This document shows, piece after piece, positions 51,324 through 59,909 of a stretch of DNA of 64,000 bases. Under the pieces are notes generated by a model, which saw only the letters and a list, made by a program, of their open reading frames with translations, searched no databases and had not been told where the DNA came from. The first letter of the stretch is position 1, and each line of letters opens with the position of its first letter. Made by a program: the position numbers and the translations under genes. Location: the sequence record SRR31156797_1009; one strand, given 5' to 3'.

Positions 51324-52034
51324 TTAGTCCCCCAGTTCTGCCCACCATTGTTCGCCGTCTTCCATTGGCATGGCCAGTGCGGTCCATTTAGTTCCTGTTT
51401 CTTCATATTGCCCAATCTGGTGCATGTGGAAGTGCCCAAAGTACCAATGCTTCGGTTTATAGCGATGAAGGATTGTGTCCAAAATCTGGCGAGTCTTCTC
51501 ACTGTGCTTTGCAAGCCAAGGAGCAGAGGCATACCCTTTGGGGGGTGGGCCTTCACGCAGCTTGAAACTTTGAGGGGCAGTATGTGAGATTACAATATCG
51601 ATCTCGATGTCATCAGGAATTTTAGCGATATCTGCAGCAGAAGGGATTTCATTTTGAAACCAATCCAATCCTTCGATTCTTCTCCACTGATCGCCTGAAG
51701 AAGCTCCACCAAAGAACAAAATATTCTGACCATTGGGAAGCGCCAAAACTGATCCACGAGGCTGGTAGTAGACGTTAGGCAGGACTTCGGTATTTCCCGT
51801 AGCCGCTATCTTGGATAGAGAGTAATGGTCCTCATGGTTGCCATCGATCCAGCGGATAACAACACCTTCATTATGAAGAGAAGGGTTCTCAGGCGGCCAG
51901 CCGTGATCTGGCAAACGAGGCCAATAGCCAAAATCCCCAACCTGTATTATTTGATTGGGTTGTTGTGTTTCACAGAGCCAATTAAGGACCTGAAAATCAC
52001 CGTGGATATCGCCGCAGATCAGGATTTTTTTCAT
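51324..52034 (-). CDS. Calcineurin-like metallophosphoesterase
   Basis: GDIHGD, GDFG, DGNHE, SHTAP, FGHFH. Confidence 0.88.
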   Translation of the reverse strand: MKKILICGDIHGDFQVLNWLCETQQPNQIIQVGDFGYWPRLPDHGWPPENPSLHNEGVVIRWIDGNHEDHYSLSKIAATGNTEVLPNVYYQPRGSVLALPNGQNILFFGGASSGDQWRRIEGLDWFQNEIPSAADIAKIPDDIEIDIVISHTAPQSFKLREGPPPKGYASAPWLAKHSEKTRQILDTILHRYKPKHWYFGHFHMHQIGQYEETGTKWTALAMPMEDGEQWWAELGD

Positions 52035-52035
52035 T

Positions 52036-54168
52036 CTACCACCTAAGCCCTACATTGCGACAATCAGCCGCGAATTTCCGTTCTAAGGCCCGTTCAAACT
52101 CTTTTTTGTCACCCGTAAGCACGACTTGCTTTTCGGCCCTTGTAATGGCCGTATACAACCATGAGGGGTCGAGCAACCTAGTCTGGTAAATCGGGACAAT
52201 GACTCGCTTCACCTGAGAACCTTGGCACTTGTGGCAAGTAATCGCATAGGCCAAAGAGAGATCGATGATCTGCCTCGCGTCGAACCTGACGACTTTATCA
52301 TCAAGGTTTGCCGTAAGGTCATATTCGCCACGATCGACGTCCAAAATATGCCCCAGACTGCCGTTGTAGACTCCACGCTGGTAGTCGTTCTTAAGGTGAA
52401 TCACCGGCTCGCCTGGACAGAAGTATTGCCCCAAGCTGCCCTTGAGTTCGGGCAAGTTGTTTTGCTGCTTATACTTGTCATGGAACTGGCGATTGAGCTG
52501 CCCCACACCAGCCGGGCCACGGTTAGTTGAGGTAATGATCATCAAGTCCTCGAAGCCGCCAAAGTCGTTCACGACCTGTTCAATGATTGCCGGGATTGAT
52601 TCCAGTGAAGCCGGGATGAAGGAGACACCTTCACCTTTTCCCTGATACTGAGAAAAAGTGGGCATACGCCTATCGCGCAAAGCCTTTGCCACCAAGGGGA
52701 TGCCGCTGTCTGCGGCCTGTCGATAAATCTTGTTGAGCCTAACCGTGATAGAATCGTCCTTCACAAGCTCATGGAAAACAAGGCCGAAGCCAATTGGGGG
52801 AAGCTGTGCAGGATCACCCGACAGAAGCAACCGGGACTCTTTTTTCATATGCTTCATCAACGCATGAAAAGTAGCCAGATCAACCATACTGGCCTCATCA
52901 ATAACAACTAATGTCCTTTCGTTGATCTCAGCCAGGTCGTTCTCTTCTTCGAGTTCGGCCAAGGTACGGGTTAACGTCTTTGCCTGCAGGCCCGTGCTTT
53001 GACTCAGTTTCAATGCAGCTTTACCCGAAAGGGTTGCCATGAGGGCGTTGCCGCCAAGCCTGTGCCAGAGCCGTACGACGTAACGCAGGATCGTGGTCTT
53101 ACCAGTTCCTGCGCCGCCTACCAGACAAGAAAGAGGCGAGCGCAAAATCTGAAGCATGGCCTGAAACTGTTCCTCGTCGGGCCTGATGTGACCAGCACTA
53201 AGCGTTGTGAGTATGTTCCTGACGTTTTGCTCATCGACTTTGATCTGGCCATCGTCCTCAAGCTGTCGCAAAGCTCCGATAACAGATCGTTCCATGAAGG
53301 CTGATCCAGGCGGCATCCACTTGCCGTCACGGTGGAGGACTGCACCGAATTCAAGCCCGAGCTGTACGGCATCGCACACTAGCTTAGAATCATCCAATTT
53401 AGCCATTAGCAGTGCTTCCAGATCAAAGAGACCAACTGAGGTAGAACCGGACGCTAGAATATCTCTGACAGCAGAATCAACGGCCCCAAGAAGTCGTTTG
53501 TTTGAAGCCTGAGGTGCAGCCGATCCAATTTCAAAAAGCACCTTGAGACCCAACGCATCGCATTGTTCCCAGCTCATCATTGACGCCATACACCAAGGAT
53601 TGTTGCGGAGCCGATTCACAACATCTGTTCCAAATGTGGTGGAACAGATTTTCAAAAGCCGGGGAGAGTCTATCCCATAAGATTGGAACCATGCAGCTAA
53701 GTCGGATTCTGCTTCCAGCCGTTTCCATTCACGGCAGACTAGAGAAGCAAGCCGAATAGAGAGAAGAGGACGGCTGGGCGCAATCACTTGGGCTATTTCA
53801 GACACGCTTCCACTGGACAGAACATTGGGCAGATTGTTGCCCCACATATCCCACAAACGATTTGCTCGGGTCGGGCCCACACCCGGGCAAGTATTGGACA
53901 GGAAATTAATCAGAAGCTTGCCTGTGGGCTTCTGACGGTATGCGTATTCAGCCTCCATCTGATCACCCCACTTCGTGTGCTTGATCGGTCCGGATACTTC
54001 CCATGTTTCACCCAATGAGGGAACGCCCACAATACGCGCAGCAATGACTTTGACCTGGATTTGATCGCAGGCCCGTTCATCATTGAGAATTTTCCCAGCG
54101 AAGATAGTACCGTAAGCCTTCTGGCTGACTATGCGCTTAACCTGAATCTGCACTGTTACTCCGGCCAT
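52036..54168 (-). CDS. RecD2/TraA-like SF1B DNA helicase
   Basis: HhH (PGVGPTRA), GGAGTGKTT, IDEASMVD, GDPAQLPPIG, YAITCHKCQGS, YTAITRA. Confidence 0.9.
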   Translation of the reverse strand: MAGVTVQIQVKRIVSQKAYGTIFAGKILNDERACDQIQVKVIAARIVGVPSLGETWEVSGPIKHTKWGDQMEAEYAYRQKPTGKLLINFLSNTCPGVGPTRANRLWDMWGNNLPNVLSSGSVSEIAQVIAPSRPLLSIRLASLVCREWKRLEAESDLAAWFQSYGIDSPRLLKICSTTFGTDVVNRLRNNPWCMASMMSWEQCDALGLKVLFEIGSAAPQASNKRLLGAVDSAVRDILASGSTSVGLFDLEALLMAKLDDSKLVCDAVQLGLEFGAVLHRDGKWMPPGSAFMERSVIGALRQLEDDGQIKVDEQNVRNILTTLSAGHIRPDEEQFQAMLQILRSPLSCLVGGAGTGKTTILRYVVRLWHRLGGNALMATLSGKAALKLSQSTGLQAKTLTRTLAELEEENDLAEINERTLVVIDEASMVDLATFHALMKHMKKESRLLLSGDPAQLPPIGFGLVFHELVKDDSITVRLNKIYRQAADSGIPLVAKALRDRRMPTFSQYQGKGEGVSFIPASLESIPAIIEQVVNDFGGFEDLMIITSTNRGPAGVGQLNRQFHDKYKQQNNLPELKGSLGQYFCPGEPVIHLKNDYQRGVYNGSLGHILDVDRGEYDLTANLDDKVVRFDARQIIDLSLAYAITCHKCQGSQVKRVIVPIYQTRLLDPSWLYTAITRAEKQVVLTGDKKEFERALERKFAADCRNVGLRW

Positions 54169-54617
54169 TCGGTGCGGAGAGAAGTCCCAGTGGATTCGAT
54201 TTGCGCCAACCTTGAAAGAAGCATGGCATTCTCTTCGCGTAAGGATTCGATCTCAGCCTCTTTTTCTGCGAGAACGCGGGCAAGGTTGTTCTTTTCGGTT
54301 GTGGTCCTTGCTAGGCGATCTGCGGCGGCTTTGTCGCTTTGATCTGCGAGCACACGAGAGCCAATTGATTTGACCCCTTGGACCAAACACAGTGCATTTA
54401 CGGGAGTAGCTAGCTCTGGTTTGCGATAGAAATGTTGCTCCTGGCTCTGGCGTAGACCAATAGCCTTTGCAATGGCCCGCACATTAACCTTGCCATCAGG
54501 TGTGATTGGCAATGTGGGCTGGCGCAGACTTTCAGATTGGGCATCCCAAGACGCATCAAGCTGCTCGAGATACGGCTCAAGTTTGGCGAGAATTTCAGGA
54601 GTAATGTTTTTGGGCAT
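54156..54617 (-). CDS. Small HTH and coiled-coil protein (TnpC/GmtX-like)
   Basis: GKVNVRAIAKAIG HTH-like segment, C-terminal coiled coil; coupled to the helicase. Confidence 0.6.
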   Translation of the reverse strand: MPKNITPEILAKLEPYLEQLDASWDAQSESLRQPTLPITPDGKVNVRAIAKAIGLRQSQEQHFYRKPELATPVNALCLVQGVKSIGSRVLADQSDKAAADRLARTTTEKNNLARVLAEKEAEIESLREENAMLLSRLAQIESTGTSLRTEWPE

Positions 54618-54625
54618 ACGAGTCC

Positions 54626-56230
54626 TCAGAAAGAGTCAACCATGTCGTCTTCAAGGTCGAGTTCTACAACTTCACCCTGTTGTATTTTTATAATAACCCT
54701 CTCGATTGCATGAATGGTCAAATCAAAAGACATGGCTAAACTGGGTTGAATGGCCTGCCCTCTTTCTTCGAAGGCTCTCAAATGAAGATCGCGCTCTCGC
54801 TTCAGAATCTTCAAATGCTCTTCATGAGTTTCGATGTCATTCCAGGCATTGAAGGAAAGACAGGTGTAGCAACTAAAAGGAATACGGGAGAGATAAGTTT
54901 CTGGCTCTAAAGAGTCTGCTAAATAAACTCCGCATCCAGTAGGTTTCACGCACACCCCTGTTTCTTTGGAGAGGTCTGAGGTTCTAACGGGGGTGTATGT
55001 TTGCCTTGTGCCCACCAGATTAGGCTTATCAAAAACTTTGCCTTTAAATGAGTCTATCAGGGGGGCGTAGTATTGGGCTACCCCTTTCTCAATGATATCG
55101 GCCATTTCTTGCCCCAAACGAACATACGCTCGGCATGTGACTGTATTTGAATGGTCCAACATTTGAGCTATAATATTAGGCCCATACCCCTGCAAAGCCA
55201 ACGAAGTACCTAAATAGTACCGTGCTCTACGAGATGAAATGCTAAGCTGTTTTCCTGTCCTAGATGGAATATGAACTTTTCTTGAGGCGTGACATCTAAA
55301 ACGAGAATTAAGAGCTGTCACCAAGGGATGATATTTCAAAGGACCATTTTCATTTTTGTCCCACTTGGAGTAGACCAAAGGTAACTGGCTTAAATCATAA
55401 TTTTCATCATAATATAGCGAAGAATATTCATTTTTTACGGTCTCAATTCTTCTTTGAATCAAGAAAGCTAAGTCTGAAGTGACTGTTCTATCCCGAAATT
55501 CCACACGAGGTTCAACATGGCCTTGCTTATCTCTTGGGACAGAAAGGATATATTTCGAGACAACTCCATCAACAATAACTTGTTTAAAGTCACATACTTT
55601 TAACCACGAAATCTGCCTAGGTCTGCACCCAAGCAAGTGCATCAGCAAAAACATCAGACAGAATGAATCATCCACTTTTCCAGCAGCGTACAATTCAAAT
55701 ACGTCTTTAAAGAGGCTTTGATATTCTTGCACTGTGTATGGCCCTTTTTCAGGGTCACAGGTCATGACAGCCTGATAACCAACCTCTGTAAATTTTTTAC
55801 TCTTAACAAAAAAATAGACATCATCTTCAACACCATCTAGTTTCAATTCATAGAACTTTTCAACATAGGCCTTCAGTGATCGACAATGTGACTTACGTGA
55901 TTTGTCAAAAAAGTTGACAAGTCTTGAGAATGAGAATTGATTTATTGAGCTATCTGCATCTACACAATCACGAAAAAAACTCTCAACAGCCTTATGATAC
56001 ATAAAAGCTGTCGAGAGACTATTCACTTCCACAAAATGAATCGTAACCCTTTTTATATTCCGAAAGAAATTAGCTGTAGCCTTACTCTGAATATCATCAA
56101 AATAAAAATGCCGCCGGTAAGATCCATCTGAAAGCTCCCAATGGTTGGGGCTGGGATCAAACACAATCCCCTGAAGACTGATGGTTTCATTTGGAAGGGT
56201 GTACTCTATATTTGGAGCAACACTGCTCAT
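54626..56230 (-). CDS. Tyrosine recombinase 2 (GinB-like)
   Basis: LGCRPRQI, PRDKQ, SRRARYYLGT, LDHS, RAYV, C-terminal CYTC; ATGA overlap with recombinase 1. Confidence 0.85.
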   Translation of the reverse strand: MSSVAPNIEYTLPNETISLQGIVFDPSPNHWELSDGSYRRHFYFDDIQSKATANFFRNIKRVTIHFVEVNSLSTAFMYHKAVESFFRDCVDADSSINQFSFSRLVNFFDKSRKSHCRSLKAYVEKFYELKLDGVEDDVYFFVKSKKFTEVGYQAVMTCDPEKGPYTVQEYQSLFKDVFELYAAGKVDDSFCLMFLLMHLLGCRPRQISWLKVCDFKQVIVDGVVSKYILSVPRDKQGHVEPRVEFRDRTVTSDLAFLIQRRIETVKNEYSSLYYDENYDLSQLPLVYSKWDKNENGPLKYHPLVTALNSRFRCHASRKVHIPSRTGKQLSISSRRARYYLGTSLALQGYGPNIIAQMLDHSNTVTCRAYVRLGQEMADIIEKGVAQYYAPLIDSFKGKVFDKPNLVGTRQTYTPVRTSDLSKETGVCVKPTGCGVYLADSLEPETYLSRIPFSCYTCLSFNAWNDIETHEEHLKILKRERDLHLRAFEERGQAIQPSLAMSFDLTIHAIERVIIKIQQGEVVELDLEDDMVDSF

Positions 56231-57513
56231 GTAGGCCAATCCTCTAACATTTGTTCCTGCATCAGAACTGATATTTCATCTGTTTTTCTTTGGATGAATC
56301 TTTGATTATACTTTTCAGGCATAACAGAACTAACGCTCCACCCCATTGCTTCTCTTCGTATTTCACGAACATCATCTGCTGACACCCCAGAAGCATCAGC
56401 ATATTCAGAAAACCGCTCGTTCCACGCATGCCTAATCACATGCTGTGTCAAATCATTTGGCAATTGACTGTGCTTATCCCTCAAGGTCGTAAAAATCTTG
56501 CAAGCAGAGCTATAGGCCAGAGGGGTGCCTGTTCTTGAAACAAACAGATAAGGATGCTTCTTGGCTCCTCGAAGACGCCTTCGATATTTCAAATACAGTG
56601 GTAACAGTTTCACCCAAGAAGAGCCAAGAGCTAGTGAACGCTCCAAAGTTTTTACTTTCGGAGCTGGGATACGACTTTCATCAGGATCATCTGGCCTTCT
56701 GACAATATCAATTCTAGGGCGATCACCCATCAGATAGACATCTTCTAATTTCAAACTTAGAGATTCACCCATTCTCAGACCAAGCATCACACACATAGTG
56801 ATATAGAGCTGATTCCTGATCCTTACAAACTTGTTTTTCCAAGGGTTATTAACATTGGCAGACTCAACAAGATCGAGAATTATGTCCTGTACTTCCTTCT
56901 CAAAACCACGTGGAGGAGATAACCGACTTTGACTTCTTGCCATATGCCTCGGAATTCTGTGCCTTATCCAACCTATGACTCTATTTGTAGCTTCAACTCT
57001 ATTTTCATACTCAGGATTTGCTCGATCCAAATTTTTCATCAGCTCAAAACTCATCCATTGTAGATACTTAGCAATACTATCCAAACGCCTTGCTTGAGTT
57101 GAATGGTTTACAAAAATTTCACTCGAGTCACCCAGCTTCGGAGGCTGCTCACCTATTCGCACTATGCCGACGTCTTTGGGAGAAACTGTATTTGAAGCAT
57201 AAGTATATTCCGCTTTCAAACTCTTCATACGCAGTCGACAGACATAAACTAAACTATCGATCTCTCTAGACGACAACATTTCAGAACTTTCAAAACGCCT
57301 TTCAAGGTCAAAGCCACATATCTTTGTCCACTCATACAAGAACTTAATATTATTAAGCTTTATAGTTATTGTCGAAGAAGAATCTCTAGGACGACAAATA
57401 CTTGCCACATAGTACGCGGGCAAAAATGGAACCCCCCCATCTGGAGCCAGAAGAACAGGAAGACGCTCTCCGTCTAAACCAATATTTTCGACAACAGTAT
57501 ACGACATGATCAC
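56227..57513 (-). CDS. Tyrosine recombinase 1 (GinA-like)
   Basis: Full R-K-HxxR-W-Y set: GLRMGE, KVKT, HVIRH, MGW, EKY; N-terminal GERLPVL. Confidence 0.9.
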   Translation of the reverse strand: MIMSYTVVENIGLDGERLPVLLAPDGGVPFLPAYYVASICRPRDSSSTITIKLNNIKFLYEWTKICGFDLERRFESSEMLSSREIDSLVYVCRLRMKSLKAEYTYASNTVSPKDVGIVRIGEQPPKLGDSSEIFVNHSTQARRLDSIAKYLQWMSFELMKNLDRANPEYENRVEATNRVIGWIRHRIPRHMARSQSRLSPPRGFEKEVQDIILDLVESANVNNPWKNKFVRIRNQLYITMCVMLGLRMGESLSLKLEDVYLMGDRPRIDIVRRPDDPDESRIPAPKVKTLERSLALGSSWVKLLPLYLKYRRRLRGAKKHPYLFVSRTGTPLAYSSACKIFTTLRDKHSQLPNDLTQHVIRHAWNERFSEYADASGVSADDVREIRREAMGWSVSSVMPEKYNQRFIQRKTDEISVLMQEQMLEDWPT

Positions 57514-57563
57514 ACCATTTGTTTACAAAATATTTTATTACAGTTTACATGAAATCACAACTC

Positions 57564-57593
57564 AAAAAAAAAGATAGGGTGTCAATCCCTATC
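57564..57593 (-). terminator. Terminator inside the element end, upstream of recombinase 1
   Basis: Minus strand GATAGGG-ATTGACA-CCCTATC-TTTTTTTTT. Confidence 0.7.
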
Positions 57594-57653
57594 CTTCTAT
57601 TAAAAAAAGATAAAAGTCGTCTAAGTTTACATAGTAAAGTGCGGTGTAAAGCA

Positions 57654-57659
57654 ACAGCA
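57654..57659. repeat. Right att core / direct repeat ACAGCA
   Basis: Matches 27192-27197. Confidence 0.85.
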
Positions 57660-58064
57660 CATAGGGCAACCAGATACGCCAACTTTGAGTTTGGCAGGCA
57701 GTTCCTTACCTACAAACATCTCTTCGAGTTCCATACCAAGCCCCAAAGAATCACGGATACCGAGCTTGCAGACTTCAGTACCTGGACACGCCTGCACATA
57801 GTGCACACACAACCCCACAGCCGGCCCAATGTCCATCTTAAGATCTTCCCAGACTTCGTCCACCTGCTCTTCTTCAAGACCAACAAGAGCAATTCGCTGC
57901 CCCGATGTGATTTTCATAATCGGAATTTCAAATTTCCGACCAACCCGGGCCAAAGCCTCAAGGACATCTGGCGTGACCAATCCTACGGGCGTTCTGGGAA
58001 CAATGGCATAAGTTTTCTTGTCGCGTTGAAGTATTGCGCCTTTGGGTGTCTCTTTCTGAGCCAT
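57654..58064 (-). pseudogene. 5' half (MAQKETPKG...GVSGCPMCC, 137 aa) of the interrupted gene
   Basis: Homology to 48155-48808 stops right after CC; the frame runs 8 unrelated codons into the element and stops at 57627. Confidence 0.92.
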
Positions 58065-58092
58065 GACTATAAACTCCAAATATAATAATCAG

Positions 58093-58758
58093 TTATTCGC
58101 CAAAAATTACTTTTTTAATCACGTCCACACCGACACGCTCTGCAAATCGCGCAGTGCGTTCTTTAACCTTGGCGTTTTCCGCATAAAAATCAAGAGCCTT
58201 TCCGACAATCTCAAAGGCTTCGGCTTCAGTAACATCCTGCGCAAGGACATCTCCCTGACGAACACGTTTTCCCCCATTTCCACCAAAGGAAACGGTCCAG
58301 CCCGTCTTACGCCCAATCAATCCAATATCGCGAATCATGGACTCCGCGCAGCACATGGAACAGCCGGAGACACTGGACTTGAGCTTGGTAGGCAAAGAGT
58401 AATCCTTCAAAAACTCCTCCATCCTTGCAGCCAATCCCATGGAATCCTGCATTGCAAGCCTGCACCCGATCGTGCCCAAACAAGATTGGACCTTATGTTT
58501 GAATACATCACCGACCGGCCCCACCTTTTCCACGACATCCTTCAAGATATCTGCGGACACGCCATCAATCATGATACGCTGTCCTGCCGTAACACGAATT
58601 CCCGGCAACCCGTATTCTTCCACAACACGCTGAATGGCTGCCAACTGCATGGCAGAGACCTGCCCCTGACTCATCTGAGGCACCACAGTAAACGAGCCGT
58701 CACCTCGGGGTTTGACGGCTCGCATTGGGAGTTCTTTTATATATTCTTTAATATCCAT
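58093..58758 (-). CDS. Nitrite/sulfite-reductase-type siroheme/4Fe-4S protein (upstream paralog)
   Basis: RVTAGQR, SCLGTIGC, VSGCSMCCAES, RDIGLIG. Confidence 0.88.
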   Translation of the reverse strand: MDIKEYIKELPMRAVKPRGDGSFTVVPQMSQGQVSAMQLAAIQRVVEEYGLPGIRVTAGQRIMIDGVSADILKDVVEKVGPVGDVFKHKVQSCLGTIGCRLAMQDSMGLAARMEEFLKDYSLPTKLKSSVSGCSMCCAESMIRDIGLIGRKTGWTVSFGGNGGKRVRQGDVLAQDVTEAEAFEIVGKALDFYAENAKVKERTARFAERVGVDVIKKVIFGE

Positions 58759-58759
58759 T

Positions 58760-59077
58760 TCAAATAGGGGGAGCTATGGTTACAAGAACACGCATGTCGG
58801 TCGTGGCCCTCACGCCGTGGGGTTCTGCAATTTCCGACACCAGTATATCACCGGTATGAGCAGGCATGGTCGCGCCATCCGCTGCAAGAAATTCGCCTTC
58901 GCCTTCAAGAATCGTCAAAGTCAATTCCCCTTCCAGTTCATGAGAATGCACAGGAAGTTGCTGCCCGGCCCGAAAGTTGAAATTAATCACCTTCATGAAT
59001 TCTGATTCGTGCACCAAGAAATTGGAAAACGTCAAGTCCTTAAAACCATGCTCATTGAATAATTCAGTCTTCTTCAT
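58760..59077 (-). CDS. Cupin-domain protein
   Basis: GQQLPVHSH, ILEGEGEF, EPHGVRA; AAGGAG RBS. Confidence 0.85.
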   Translation of the reverse strand: MKKTELFNEHGFKDLTFSNFLVHESEFMKVINFNFRAGQQLPVHSHELEGELTLTILEGEGEFLAADGATMPAHTGDILVSEIAEPHGVRATTDMRVLVTIAPPI

Positions 59078-59092
59078 GAGATACACTCCTTG

Positions 59093-59881
59093 CTAAAATT
59101 CCAGAGGAACAGTTTCCAGAACGTTACCATTTCTACCGACTGTCAGTCGAACAGTATCGACCTTTTTCCCGGCACGCTTCACGGCTTCACGCAAAATTAC
59201 TGACATAGAGGAGCAACACGGCACTTCCATTTCCAAAACCGTGATGGACTTCAAATCGTTCTCAGTCAAAATGTCGGCCAACTTTTCCACGTACTCCATC
59301 TGATTATCAAATTTGGGACAACCCAAAACAACTACACGCCCGGCAACATATTCACTATGATAGGACGGCATGGCCACCGGTACACAGTCTGCTGTCAAAA
59401 GCAGGTCTGCACCTTTGAGAAACGGTGCAGTCGGCGGCACAAGACGCAACTGTACTGGCCAATGAGACAATGCAGAGCCACCAGCAGGTGACGCCATGGG
59501 GATATTGGCCTGCTCACAGGGTGACATGGTGTGCATGGCCGCACCGGGACAACCGCCCATAGGCTTGGGAGAACCGGCAGGCTTATCCAGACGCAAACTT
59601 TCCGGGGAAGGCATGTGATCCGGCACTTCACGCCCTTGTGCCTTCAAATGCTCCGTAACTGCTTCCGGGTTGAAGTCTTCAGCCTCACGGACTTCAACTT
59701 TGAGGGCACCAGTTGGGCAATCGCCCAGACAGGCGCCCAATCCATCGCAATAAATTTCCTTAACCAATCGGGCCTTGCCATCAACGATAGCCAATGCACC
59801 CTCTTCACAGGACGGGACACATTCACCACAACCGTTGCACAATTCCTCATCAATGGTGATCATCTTTCTTGTACTCAACAT
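59093..59881 (-). CDS. Fe-S cluster-binding protein (FrdX-like, Cys-rich C-terminal domain)
   Basis: CNGCGECVPSC, CDGLGACLGDCP, WPVQL, ADC, CPKFD, MEVPCC. Confidence 0.85.
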   Translation of the reverse strand: MLSTRKMITIDEELCNGCGECVPSCEEGALAIVDGKARLVKEIYCDGLGACLGDCPTGALKVEVREAEDFNPEAVTEHLKAQGREVPDHMPSPESLRLDKPAGSPKPMGGCPGAAMHTMSPCEQANIPMASPAGGSALSHWPVQLRLVPPTAPFLKGADLLLTADCVPVAMPSYHSEYVAGRVVVLGCPKFDNQMEYVEKLADILTENDLKSITVLEMEVPCCSSMSVILREAVKRAGKKVDTVRLTVGRNGNVLETVPLEF

Positions 59882-59909
59882 GATAATATCCTCTCTTTTT
59901 CTCTTGTAT

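Larger units (their letters stand above)
27198..57659 (-). mobile_element. 30.46-kb GInt-like (three tyrosine recombinase) integrative element
   Basis: Splits one host gene in frame; 6-bp direct repeat; AT-rich ends; three Y-recombinases plus small partner at one end; metal-resistance cargo. Confidence 0.9.

Noticed and set aside
51299-51556. N-terminal 86-aa extension of the 769-aa recombinase ORF
   Set aside because: Overlaps the phosphoesterase in another frame; a good RBS and ATG exist at 51298.
51299-54625. Helicase module as an independent IS or cassette
   Set aside because: No terminal repeats, TSD or own recombinase seen; it is tightly coupled to flanking genes.
57627-57653. C-terminal CFTPHFTM of the 150-aa ORF as a real protein end
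   Set aside because: Read-through into element DNA past the att core; not homologous to the paralogs.
27198-57659. Prophage or ICE interpretation of the island
   Set aside because: No phage structural genes, relaxase, coupling protein or T4SS genes recognised.
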